Origin: Podarcis vaucheri
Taxonomy: Eukaryota
NCBI GenBank assembly: GCA_965113315.1
Contig: OZ220365.1
Direction: 5' to 3' (one strand)
DNA: 64,000 nt
Shown: positions 52,907-64,000 of the stretch, piece by piece
Layout of the letters: every line of letters starts with the position of its first letter
Numbering within the stretch: the stretch's first letter is position 1
Notes under the pieces: generated by a model
The model's database searches: none
What the model was told of the DNA's origin: nothing
Seen by the model: only the letters and a program-made list of their open reading frames with translations
Translations under genes and position numbers: made by a program

Positions 52907-53350
52907 TACAGTGGTGCCTCGCAAGACGAAATTAATTCGTTCCGCAAGTTTTTTCTTCTTGCGAGTTTTTCGTCTTGCGAAGCACGGTTTCCCATAGGAA
53001 TGCATTGAAAATCAATCAATGTGTTCCTATGGAGACCGTCCGGGGACAGAGGGGAAGCGCCGCGGGCCTTCCCCTCTGTCCCCGGACCTGTTTTAAAGCA
53101 AGGGAAGGGGCAGCGGGGAGAATCGCTTCTCCCCATTGCCGCCCCTTGGTTCAAAAGGGGTCCGGGGAGAGAGGGGAAGGCGCGGGCGTGCCTTCCCCTC
53201 TGTCCCCTCTTTTGAAGCAAGGGGCGGAGGGGAGAAGATCGCTTCTCCCCGTTGCCGCCCCTTGCTTCAAAAGAGGTCCGGGGTGCGGGGGCAAGCTTCG
53301 TTTTGCGAAGCAAGCCCATAGGGAAATTCGTCTTGCGAAGCACCACTGTA
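52907..53350. mobile_element. Young Tc1/mariner MITE between the PGM3 and DOP1A stop codons
   Basis: TIRs cagtggtgcctcgcaagacgaa / ttcgtcttgcgaagcaccactg with TA TSD; GC-rich internal hairpin repeats. Confidence 0.92.
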
Positions 53351-53917
53351 GTAGCAAGGGAAGGAATTTTTTTTTAATTTAACATGCAAAAACTTTGAAC
53401 CATAATTTTTAAAAGTAACGTAGTTGTAACTCCATATGAGAGGGTCACTTAATTGAAAATGTGGAACAGGAAGTTGCCATGGCAGAAACAATGTTAATTG
53501 AGAGGAGTGAATGTTGGGAGCAGTGCTGAGTCACAGAACTGCTCTGATAGATAGCACTTTTCCATGCTTTCGATTAGAAAAGTGGCTCCCTGTAAGATGC
53601 TGCATAGATATCTAGACAGAAAATAAGACACAGCTAGAAAAAATGTGCAACTTGTATTGGTAATTTTCTTAAAGACATACCTCAAGATGACAAAACAAAT
53701 GTACATTTAATAGTAGGCACCATAATTGATATGAGCTAGCGATATTTCAACTTGATTCAGGCCACATCCAGAACTTATTTACAGGTATTTAAATTAAATA
53801 CACGCTGCAGTATACATTACATACAAAGTATGAAAAAGGAAACTATACACACTGGAAGGATGGAGTGGTTTCATTTGAAGTTACATTACTTAAGATAAAC
53901 ATTTTACCATGTACACT

Positions 53918-54223
53918 TCATGTTTTTATGACACCTTCCAGAAAGTCCTTCTCAACCATTTCTTCAATTTTTTGTCTTGCTTTGCTGGAGAATGTCTTTT
54001 GAGTTTCCATTTTTATGTCCTTGGTAGGGAAAGAATTTGGGTAAAGCATGGGGCTCCCTGAATGACCAATGCTTCTGCTGGTGATTTTGCTGTTAAATAC
54101 TTGGCTCAGGACGTTGAAGAAAGGCAGAAGCTGTTCAATGCTGCGAACAGCACAGATGGTCAGGAGTAAGCTGCCAGGTTCCCAGTTTAGTGTTTTCCCT
54201 GAACTGTCGTCCTCTGGGTTTTT
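53918..54223 (-). CDS. DOP1A: DOP1A (Dopey-1) last coding exon
   Basis: taacag|AAA AAC CCA GAG...; KNPEDDSSGKTLNWEPGSLLLTICAVRSIEQLLPFFNVLSQVF...EKDFLEGVIKT*. Confidence 0.93.
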   Translation of the reverse strand, partial: KNPEDDSSGKTLNWEPGSLLLTICAVRSIEQLLPFFNVLSQVFNSKITSRSIGHSGSPMLYPNSFPTKDIKMETQKTFSSKARQKIEEMVEKDFLEGVIKT

Positions 54224-54326
54224 CTGTTAATATGTGGCGGACGGGGAAAGAGAGGAGAGGAGAATTTCAAGACAAAGCAATGCTGCAGGAGACTTCAAAA
54301 ATTAGCACACTTACACTGGTCACTAC

Positions 54327-54803
54327 TAGGCCTGGGTGATGTATCAATACATTGCCCGGAGTGCAATGTCAGTCACTGCACCCCATGGACAGGCAGTTTC
54401 TTTAAACTTCTCTGCTGAGGGGTGTGGGCACCTACACACCCTCAGCAGAGAAGTTTAAAGAAACTGCTGTCTTTGCACAGGGGGGGGGGGGCAAGCTACC
54501 TCTTTCTCCTGGGAGGAGGAGACAGCCCTCCGCCCCATGCCAAGGGGGCAGCTATTGGAGGTGGTAGCTTCACCCTGTGCCTTGTGAGGCCAGGGCTCCG
54601 TGTACTAGGCACTGGAGGAGGTGGCAGCTTTGTCCATCTGGCCTTGACAGAGGCAGAAGCTGCGCATCGTGACGCTAATCCTCTGTGTGGCTGGCAGCTG
54701 TCTTCTTCCTCCCTGCCTCTGTTCTGACATGATATACCACCAGCTAAGCTTTGCAATATGGTGGTATATTGCAATGTTGCAAAGCAGATATCTCCCAGCC
54801 CTA
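54327..54803. mobile_element. hAT-like element followed by a second truncated copy (54810 to ~55030)
   Basis: Termini taggcctgggtgatgtatc / gatatctcccagcccta; flanks gtcactac and gtctac; identical 5' end repeated at 54810. Confidence 0.7.
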
Positions 54804-55307
54804 GTCTACTAGGCCTGGGTGATGTATCAATACGTTGCCCAGGACCAGAGCATGATGGGGTTTTATTGCAAGTAAAACCACCACCACTGTCGAGTGCCTC
54901 TGGCCTGGAAATCACAGAAGGAGGAACAAGCTTCATTGGCAAGTCACTGGAGCCGATGCAGCTTGTTCGTCCCTCAGCCACCTGGTACAGGCAGGCAGCT
55001 TTTTTAAACTGCTCCACTGAGGGGCATGACTGCCCGAGTCCTCAACATGCTGAACACAAGTATGTGGCATTTTCCAGGACTTTTAAGTTTTGATCAAGAG
55101 GCTAAAGACACTATGTGCACAGCTGATACAAGTTGTCTTGAAGGCTGAACCCCACCCCTGATAGGTGCTGTTGCCAATTTAACCTACCTAATGCGACACA
55201 TGGTTTTCTGCTCCTGTTGGATCAGAGCTTAAATGTGTGATTGATGCATTGATATAAAATATGCATTAATTCTGTAGTAATAATTTATGAAAAGAGAAAT
55301 GAAATAC

Positions 55308-55437
55308 CTTTGCTCTCTTTCGCAGCAGTTTTGCTAATCGTACTACGTATGGTTTGAATTCCCTTTGGTGTGTGCCTTGTCTTCGCACCTCCAACCCTGA
55401 ATCATCAGAAGCTTCTGGAATAAAGGCCCAGCGATAC
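55308..55437 (-). CDS. DOP1A: DOP1A exon
   Basis: aacag|G TAT CGC TGG...GCA AAG|gtattt; YRWAFIPEASDDSGLEVRRQGTHQREFKPYVVRLAKLLRKRAK; 130 nt. Confidence 0.94.
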
Positions 55438-56099
55438 CTGTTAAAGAATAAGAGGACAAAGTCATCACATTCAGCAAGTTATCTTTGGCAAGAACACACC
55501 AGCCCTCCTTAGTTGAGTCAATTTATATCCAGGCAGGTCTTTATGTAGACAAAATCTGCTAAGAAAAACCAAGATCCATGGGAGTAAAATTAGATGCATA
55601 AAAAGCAATCTGTTTCACAGAAGCCACTTCTAAGAAGAAATACTTTGAAAGCATTGTTTGCTCTGTTCTGTTCTGCCCAGCCCTTTCTGATTTCCTTTTG
55701 TATATATTTGCCAAATGGTAATAAAACACACCCCTGCCATACATATTGGGACAAAGTCTTCGGCATCCTGACAGAAGCATTCTGTGAAACAAGATAGCAC
55801 ATGGGCTGATGTTGGTTACTGGGGGGAGGGAGTAGGCCCCTAACCAAGTTGCTTCTCCCGAATTTCTGCCAACACTATATGGAGGGCATTCCTCTGATGG
55901 GGAGCTGTGCCACCTAAGACACATTTTCACTGCTATAACACAAGGTGAGGTGGCAGAAGGCTGTAAAAGCACCTGCCTTGACAGTCCATAAAGAAATACT
56001 TGCCACTCAAAGAGAAGCATCACCCTAAATATGAAGGTTTTCTCACAATGAAGTGTTTCTATGGCACACTTGGATTTGAATGAGATAAAGTGTACTTAC

Positions 56100-56264
56100 A
56101 TCTGAAACTGAGGAAGATTTTCAGAGGGCAATGCCAAGGCTAAATCCAGAAATTTACAAGCTGACAAATAAAGATTTAACCATCTCTGACTGTTGTAGGA
56201 TGTCGAGAATCCATTGCCTCCAGTGTATGTAGTTTCCAGGCCAGCAACAGATGGTCCTGAAGTT
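56100..56264 (-). CDS. DOP1A: DOP1A exon
   Basis: ttgtag|A ACT TCA...CAG AT|gtaagt; TSGPSVAGLETTYTGGNGFSTSYNSQRWLNLYLSACKFLDLALALPSENLPQFQ; 165 nt. Confidence 0.94.
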
Positions 56265-56765
56265 CTACAATTCAAATGAATTTACTACAGGTTATTCTTA
56301 GTCACTTATGTCCACACTTCACAAATCATTGCTCTTCTCTTAGCGTATACTTTAAATGAACTGGAACAATTCTCTATGAGGATAACTTTTATATTACCCT
56401 TCTGAAAACACCAAACAATTTTAACAAGATAGCTGCAGCTAGTGGTTCTAAATTACACTTCTGCTTTGTTTGTATAATTTAGCGTAAATAGTACTGATAA
56501 AGAAGCAAGACCAAAGTCTGATTTACTTTTACAATTTAGGGTCCTGTCTGACTAATTTGATCTTTGTGAACTGATTGCCGTATTAAACATGAACTGGAAT
56601 GGGGGGGGGAGTGTACTGCTGCTTATTGGCACCGATTATGTTCCTGTTTTCATAGCAAGACTGGGGGGAAAACCTTCCAAATGAGTAATATAAAATAATT
56701 GGACTATCAGACAGTATATTTCAACTATTATGCAAATAAGATGAGAGAAGAGAAATTGACATTAC

Positions 56766-56821
56766 CTTGAGATATCTTCATCAGCTGTGAGTTCCTGTTC
56801 CATCAATAAAAATACTTGGAC
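56766..56821 (-). CDS. DOP1A: DOP1A exon
   Basis: cttcag|GTC CAA...TCA AG|gtaat; VQVFLLMEQELTADEDIS; 56 nt. Confidence 0.92.
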
Positions 56822-57191
56822 CTGAAGTTCGTTTTGTTTTTTAAAACAACAACACACCAAATTTTAAAAACAGTATTAACAAATGGACATTCCAATCATA
56901 TCCCCCTTCCGTCACTGTCAGTGATGTGGTGGTGGTAGTATGCATGTGAACAAACACCTGATTTTTTCCACTCTATTGTCCTCCTTCCAGGCTAATGATC
57001 AGGTGGGAAAGATCCATGCAGGTTGCTCAGAACAAGTGACTTCAGTATCCTTATGCATGACGTAGCATGTAAGCTTGTATCCCAGCAATGATACACTCCC
57101 ATCATCACTAATGGCTGGGAATTGTATCCTAGCAACATCTGAAGGGCACTGTGTTGGCTAACCTTGGGCTATAGAGATATTGAATTATTGG

Positions 57192-57646
57192 TGTGGCGTT
57201 TGCCTCCTACGATGGGTCATAAGGAAAGGGTTAAAATAGGTCTGTTGTGATTGGCCAGGGAGAATGCAAGGGGGGAATAAAAGTTAGAGTGGGAGGTTTT
57301 GAAAGTCAGTTGAGGTTTGGGAGTTGAAGAGGAATAGGCAGTGGGTTGGTAGAGTTGTATTGTGAGAGAATGAGAGGAATTGTTAGGTGGAGTCAGATAG
57401 ATAGTTGGGAATAATCAGTTTGGAGTTGTTAGGAACTAAGAATAAGAAACTGTCAAGAGAAAAATTAACTGAAACCATAAGCTTGTTCCTGCATTTAAAA
57501 ATTGATTATTTGTTTATGTTAACAACTGACTGGACTCTGTGTGTCCCCGTGAGATACGGGGTGGTGGCAGCGGAAGAAGCAATCGCAGTGGTGGCACAGG
57601 GTCAATAGACCGTCAAACGTCCGGGGCCCTTTGTGTGATCGCCACA
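57192..57646 (+). mobile_element. Solo LTR (455 bp)
   Basis: TGTGGCG...CGCCACA inverted termini and perfect 5-bp TSD ATTGG (57187-57191, 57647-57651); orientation inferred from CCAAT and TATA-like motifs. Confidence 0.9.
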
Positions 57647-57709
57647 ATTGGCTTTTTTAAAAAATATAGAAAAAGGCTTCCCTATGTTCCAAAGTCAGTT
57701 GCAACTCAC

Positions 57710-57846
57710 CAATTCTGTGATCATGGTAGGCCAAAGTGAGGTAAGATGCTGTGGAGACATTCTCAAGAGCAGAACTCGGAAAAAGAGGAACACTTGGGAG
57801 TGAAGAGTGGGCACTTGCGGCAGGCGGAGACTTTCTACCAGCCTTT
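57710..57846 (-). CDS. DOP1A: DOP1A exon
   Basis: tttcag|AA AGG...GAA TTG|gtgagt; [45 protein letters not shown]; 137 nt. Confidence 0.94.
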
Positions 57847-58480
57847 CTGAAACAGAAAAATCAACACAGATTTGGTAGCTCAAAAATCTGCAGCCCAGTT
57901 AATGAAAAAACAACAACCGATTAATAGTATGAGTTTTAGTTGATTTGTATTTAGGAAAGCTACGCTAAACTTATGCGCACACAAACCTCCCCTCAATGTA
58001 GAATATTAGAGGTGCTGGGGGAAGGAGGGAGAGATGTACCAGTTTTCAAGTAAACAGTTCACTGTGTTTCTAAGAGACCATGATAAGCCAATGGTATGAT
58101 CCAGAGGTTAGCAGGACTTTTTTTTTTGTATGCTTTGTTCTGCTGGCCCCAAATTATGTGCCAATACACAGAGCAGAAGATTTAACTACTGTTTAAATCG
58201 GGGGAGTCCTTGGGAGTCCACATACTAATAAACTCCAACTCCCATGTGGCCCAGCTAGCATGACTGGTTGGCATGCTTCCGTCTTGAGAGACAAGGGGAG
58301 TGTGCCTCCAGAGGTGAAGACAAACCACCACATTTGCAGCACTGAAGTGACCTCCCCAGGGTGCAAGCTAATGGAAAGGAAACTCCGGGAGGTCATGTCA
58401 TCCATAAAGCACTAATAATAGTTAAGCAAAGGACACTTGTACTTTACCCCTCTAAGGGAAATGATAAAATTCTTATTCAC

Positions 58481-58633
58481 CTTGTATATCTGGAAGGTAT
58501 TTCTGGTATTGGTCCACTTCACTGCTAAAAATGGCAAAGGCCAGCCTCTTCAGAAGCATAGCACGCTGTTCCAGTTCTACATCCCGATTGGCAAACAGAT
58601 TGAGCGAACTGCTCTGAGCTACAGCCACACGTG
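58481..58633 (-). CDS. DOP1A: DOP1A exon
   Basis: ctttag|CA CGT GTG...CAA G|gtgaat; [50 protein letters not shown]; 153 nt. Confidence 0.94.
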
Positions 58634-59429
58634 CTAAAGAAGGAATCATGCAGCAGAGAAGGTGCTTTTAGTGAAGACAAGAGTTCTTGGCTCAGAGACA
58701 GGAGTACTTCAAAACAGGCACAGGACTCCAGGTTGGAAAAGGCTGATTTAAAGTATGTTATTAAAATCACTAGTTGAGTGCCGCAAGTCAGTGCCCAGAT
58801 TGTATTCTGCACTTTAAACATATATGCCAGGTACCATATACACTACATGGATCCTATTTATGAGTTAAATGCACTGTTTGTGTGCATTTCTCTTAAGAAG
58901 GCCCATCTAGTCCAGCATCCTGCTTCTCACAGTGGCCAATGAGATGTCCAAGGCAGGACATGAGGGCCACAGCACTCTCCCACTGTTCCCTACATTCATG
59001 AGAGCAAGGGAACTATTCGTAGGATAGACCTGGCACCAGTCACACGTCAGCAGTCACTTCAATCAATAAGTCTTGGTGTTCAATACTCTAGAATTTTCTC
59101 TGAATATACTTTTTAAAAAGTGATTTTACATTCTTTTTTAAAAAAGGGGATGCAACACATTCTGAGTTAAGACACACTCTTGTGGGCTACTTGGCAGGTG
59201 GATCTTGCATACAAACAACAAAGCCCTAGTTGAAGGCAGAGAGAGCAAGGAAAAATTCAAGATATTAACGAAACAAACATTAAATTCACAAAACCAGAAA
59301 CAATATAAATTTACCAAAAATTACTTCCAACGGCAAAGTCAATGAAAAAGTATCTATCATGCCTATGCTGTTTTTGCCAAAAAAACAAGCTTTCTTGGCT
59401 TAGATGAGTTGTGATTTGGACCATTATGC

Positions 59430-59565
59430 CAGGCATCACCAACCTGCGGCCCTCCGGATGTTTTGGACTACAATTCCCATCATCCCCGACCACTGGTCCT
59501 GTTAGCAAGGGATCATGGGAGTTGTAGGCCAAAACATCTGGAGGGCCGCAGGTTGGGGATGCCTG
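59430..59565. mobile_element. Palindromic hAT MITE (older relatives ~37300, 57060, 60570, 61230)
   Basis: caggcatcaccaacctgcggccctcc...ggagggccgcaggttggggatgcctg; 8-bp TSD cattatgc / cattattc. Confidence 0.88.
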
Positions 59566-59684
59566 CATTATTCAGACATCAGAAGAATCAATCTTTACAA
59601 CATGATAGCTAATATTATTAGAATGGATTCCAAACATGCAAATGTCTATGGATCTTGTACACAGAGTAAAAAGCCAGAACTCAC

Positions 59685-59746
59685 TCATCAGATCTCTGAA
59701 CGTGGTTTTGTCATGTGTCATCAAATTATCCATGATTGCTCTCCAA
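59685..59746 (-). CDS. DOP1A: DOP1A exon
   Basis: ttttag|T TGG AGA...ATG A|gtgagt; WRAIMDNLMTHDKTTFRDLM; 62 nt. Confidence 0.93.
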
Positions 59747-60777
59747 CTAAAAAAGAATTTAAAATGATATTGTCATTGCAAATAAAAGCATGGGATTTTA
59801 TTTTGGTTCAAATAAAAAGGGAAAGTGTCAGTTTGACGCATGCCCCTTTCACAATTCTGCTCTGTACGTCAGAATAACATCCCGCAGTATATGAATGGTA
59901 CAGATCTGTAAGAACCAAGCAGCTGCCTCTGTTGACAGAGGGAGTCTTGGGGTTAGGGGGTGGGGAGTATAAAGAAAAGATACAAGAACTTGAGAAGAAT
60001 GCTGCAGGATCAGGCAAAATGAAATCTAGTGCAACATCCTGTTTTCACAGTGGCCAACCAGATGCCTAGGAAGTCCACAAGAAGGAACTGAGTGCAACAG
60101 CACTCTCCCCAGCAACTGAACTGGTATTCTGAGGCATACTGTCTCCAACAATGGTTGCAGAATATAGTCATTGGTAGCCCTTATCAAGCTTGAACCAAGG
60201 CTATTTGAGAAGCTCTTTCTGGAATCAGCAACCACACTATCCAAGCTATGGGTAGATGTGTGTGGAATCAAGTAGGGGCAGTGGATGTGCAGAACTAACA
60301 AACTGTGGGAACTTGGAGGAACAAGCTCTGTAAGAACTAGAGAGAAAATAGCAGAGGAACGAAGTTCAGTCGCACCTTATGCAAAAGGCATCAGGTTTCA
60401 CCACTAGAATCTGCAGGTGGGGTTGGTGAAAGAGCTGCGTGAAACCCTGTTGTGATGTTGCTATATAGTGTAGACCTAACAGCCAACAGAAGATTATACA
60501 AGCAAATGAGAGTATCTAGTCATCTGGAAAGTGCAGACTGCTAGAATTTTGTCAGTATGCTGTCTTAAGGCTGGGGAGCTGATGTGGTGCCTTCTAGACA
60601 TTACTGGCCTCAACTCCCATCATCCCTGAACATCAGCCATGCTGGCTGGAGCCAATAGGAGTTGGAGTCCCAAAACATCTGGAAGGCCCCATGTTGACAA
60701 GAACTGTCTTGGGGAAACAATTCTATTCCCTCCGCCCCCCAGTACTAAAATTAAACAGGAGCAACAAAAAGCCTTAC

Positions 60778-60927
60778 TGATTAACACAGGAAGCATCCAT
60801 TTGAAAGAAACTGGAATCCATAAAGAGGTCAAAAGCTTCCTTTTTCCACGCTCTCCTCGTGTACTGATAGCCGCTCAGGCTGCTCAATAGCTGAACACAC
60901 GCTCGGTAGCTGGGCGCGTTATGGGCA
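60778..60927 (-). CDS. DOP1A: DOP1A exon
   Basis: ttccag|T GCC CAT...AAT CA|gtaagg; [49 protein letters not shown]; 150 nt. Confidence 0.94.
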
Positions 60928-62514
60928 CTGGAACAAGGAAATAAATCCAATTCAAAATGATTTCAAGTAAGAAAAACCCTGCACAAAAACAGTCAGAACA
61001 CAGCACCTTTAAATCAATTTGAAATTATTCTTGCTTGGATCCCAACACCAGATCCTGGCCTACAACTGCCCACTGAATGCCCCATCCTCTTCAAATGCTC
61101 CTCCTGGATGTTAGTAAACCCCCCAGAGCAGACTTTAGCACCGTGCAAGGGGGTGCACCTAAAAGGAAGATTCATTATTAGAAAATCACTACCCTCCACT
61201 GTGCACATGCATAATCACAACCATGATGGTACTATTGATGTGGCTAGTCAACAACTCCCATCAGCAATGTTGGCCACTGGCCTTGTTGGTTGGGACTGAT
61301 GGGAACTGGAAGTTGAACGACATCTGGAGGGCTACACTTTCTCTGCCTCTGCACTGGGTGAAGCATTTAGAGCTTAATTTGTCAGAAACATGCCTTATTC
61401 ATTCAAGCAGCTCTGTGTCATCTGCAGCCTGAGAAGTCCTCCTTCTTCAACAACTAGCCTGAAGCAGAGAGCTGGGAAAACCAAGGCATCTTACACCAGA
61501 AAGTTACGCCACATGAAGAGCAAGCCTGGTAATGCAAATCTAGGTGGCTGAAGTGTGTTACACCTCTGGTGGAGAGGTCAGCAGAGTCTGTCAGCCACAA
61601 AGATAAAATTCCTGCCATTGGTAATACACAGCACAGAATGTTTACACTGGGATAGGCTCAGTGATGAAGTTTTTGTTTGGTGAAGCTTTTGACAGCAACT
61701 GACTTGAGTTACTATAATATCAAGGGATAGTCCTGAACACTATCTGCAAAATACAGAGTTACTGTGCAAAATCAGAATTTAGGCTGCTGAAATGCAAAAT
61801 GTCTCCCATCTCACAATGTCTCACAAATGCCAACAAGCAGGAAAGGTTGGAGACTACGGATTGCTACTTTTGCTGCCGAACTCTTTCAATAGTCAACATG
61901 AGTTCATACAAGTGCACTCAGAAGAGCAGTTGGGGAAGTGGCAAAAAAGACTACTAGGGGAGCAAGGATGTAATCATTGCCAGATAGGACCTTAATCTAC
62001 TATGAAGGGAAGTGGGGGAGATGAATGGGATAGCAGGAAATATCTGGTGTGGGGGAGCACCAGCCTTGGAGTCCTTCCTGCAGAGTGGGGCCATATGTCA
62101 CTGCAAGTATTAGTGCTCCTTACATATAACTGCTCATTTCAAGACTGCACAGAAGGACCACATTCAAACAACAGAATCTCATCTTAATAGGCAGAGATAT
62201 AGATGAGTCTTTGGCCACATACACAGCCTTTTCACAAGAGCCAGCAAACAAACCAGAATGTATCTAGTTAACTAATATGAATTATAGTTCCCTGCTTTGT
62301 TCAAGCCTGGAAACTATGGCAGACAGCTTTCGAACACGTCAGGATATTAAGCTATTAAGCTGGCTAAGTATCTTGGCTTGTTCTGAAGCAGTTAATCACC
62401 ATTTCCTTGTTTGGAAAACTCGTCCAGAGAGTACTTTATGGAAACTGTAATGGTAAGTTCACTGAAAGTGTACATCATAGTTAAAATAAGTTGTACATGT
62501 AATTGTAGAGGTAC

Positions 62515-62624
62515 CTGTGATTGCGAAGATAAGGCACAACATAGTGCATTATATTTACAAGAAGTGGAATAACTCGCTCTTTTTCATCACTGTAGAAAAC
62601 CATATCCAAAAGATGAGCCAAGAC
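62515..62624 (-). CDS. DOP1A: DOP1A exon
   Basis: ttgtag|GTC TTG...CAC AG|gtacct; [36 protein letters not shown]; 110 nt. Confidence 0.94.
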
Positions 62625-63776
62625 CTACAAGAGAAGAGAAATATTGAAAATGTCAATTTTCTGCCCTTACAAACAATCTTTAAGGACTTCTGCTTAAAAT
62701 ATATAAATACTGTACTATATATCCTTTCAATGGATGACTGCCCAGTTTCCAGCTATATTAATTATTTTCAAAACGTCACAAAGAAAACATTATTTAACAA
62801 GTGCTCTTTGAAATATCATCTTATCAAAACTAAATGGTTGTTTAAAAACCCCCACAAATTCCTTAAGTATTAGCACCAAAAATATAGATGATTTTTCTTC
62901 ATTCTCTCAAAAGCAGATAAGAATTGTATACTGACAAATGTGCTGCATTCCATAGCAGAGAAATCCTGTCCAAGACTGAGCACATGAACATGACTGTTTT
63001 AATACCAAATCAACTTCTGAGAGTAATGTGTACTTTTTTTTGGGGGGGGGGGGCAACAGCTATATTATCTTTCAGCACAATTTTGTTCCTGCTAAAAGGG
63101 GAAAAATATACCCCAAAGCACATGCATAGACAATTCCCTTCTCTACTATTTCCAGAGACATGGGCTTGGATGAAGATTTGCAAGGCAATCCTAACATGTC
63201 TTCTCAAAAGTAAGTTCTATTGAACTCAATGGTGCTTACTCCCAGGTAAGTGGGGTTAGGATTGCAATCTTAAATCATGCTTATAGTAGGCCCATTAAGA
63301 CCAACGGGGCTTAAATTAGCCACAACAAAATTCAGTCCCACTGATTTGAATGGTAGCTTTGTGCTAGCAAAAGCCCTTCCTGTTAGCCTAAGGCGGAACG
63401 CCACTTTCACGAATGCCTCCTTCCAACTGCAGCCACATATGCTATATCCCGTACTGCTCCAAAAGATCCCTGGAACCTAAGGAGAGGCTTTTGGGAAGCA
63501 CCAGAGCCTGCCCTGGATAGGAGAGATCATTGAAAATCAGGCTCCTTGCCTTTCACTAGTGCAGGTGTGAGGAACCTGCGGTCCAGGGGCCAGGTGTGGC
63601 CCACCAGGCTTCTCGCTGCTCAAAAATATGTGCTTTCTTGCACATCTGAATATTCACCTACCAAAATTCCAGAAGTGCAAGTGTGGTGAAATAATGCTCT
63701 GTTCTTTTCTGTGTTAACTCTTATATTTATATACAAACAAATATCTTAAAGTCTAATAAAAAGGGGGGAAACTTAC

Positions 63777-63856
63777 TTCTGACAGCAGCGTTAAGGCATG
63801 GACACTATAAACGGATGGAGTTATGCTTGAGGTTTCCAAAGCTGGAGACAACATAT
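63777..63856 (-). CDS. DOP1A: DOP1A exon (gene continues beyond the window end)
   Basis: ggtcag|AT ATG TTG...TCA GAA|gtaagt; MLSPALETSSITPSVYSVHALTLLSE; 80 nt. Confidence 0.9.
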
Positions 63857-64000
63857 CTGACCATTATTTTTTTTGAGGGGGTGGGGAACAAAAAACGAAG
63901 ACATGAATCCATGTGTCAATATCTGTAAAGTCATTTTAAAAGAAGCCACAGGTCTTTAAATATGCAGTACATCAAACAAGTTAGCACTGGGATGTATGCT

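Noticed and set aside
52903-53382. ORFs of 135-147 aa between PGM3 and DOP1A
   Set aside because: Almost entirely inside a GC-rich MITE; no transposase motifs.
53524-53534. Perfect NRF2/ARE-type motif TGCTGAGTCAC (also TGACTCAGC at ~25157 in an ME1 intron)
   Set aside because: Isolated short motifs are expected by chance in 64 kb, and no conservation evidence is available.
61490-61745. Possible extra DOP1A cassette exon (minus-strand tttgcag acceptor near 61745)
   Set aside because: No convincing open frame or homology, and the neighbouring exons already join in phase.

Overview
This is vertebrate genomic DNA, most likely from a squamate and probably a lacertid lizard, judged from the Sauria SINE, Squam3-like SINEs and a BovB fragment. 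It holds the conserved ME1-RWDD2A-PGM3-DOP1A block (syntenic with human 6q14). Present are the 3' eight coding exons of ME1 (+, 4727-32213), the complete RWDD2A CDS (-, 292 aa, 35253-33834), a CpG-island bidirectional promoter (~37.8-39.2 kb), the complete PGM3 CDS (+, 12 coding exons, 543 aa, 40648-52600) and the last ten coding exons of DOP1A/DOPEY1 (-, 63856-53918). All exons were reconstructed by hand with GT-AG junctions and consistent phases. Most entries in the supplied ORF track are spurious. Introns carry many transposable elements: Sauria and Squam3-like SINEs, BovB, L2 and CR1-like ends, Tc1/mariner (Tigger-like) and hAT MITEs, a clean solo LTR and a decayed Ngaro/DIRS-type SGNH-hydrolase fragment. 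There is a 200-N assembly gap. I found no convincing wholly new gene system. The most interesting leads are: two inserts bracketed by unusually long (27 and 30 bp) perfect direct repeats; a MITE family carrying ETS+NRF1+CRE promoter motifs; a consensus splice donor 19 nt after the PGM3 stop inside the MITE-containing convergent PGM3/DOP1A 3' zone; and an ERSE-like element upstream of PGM3.
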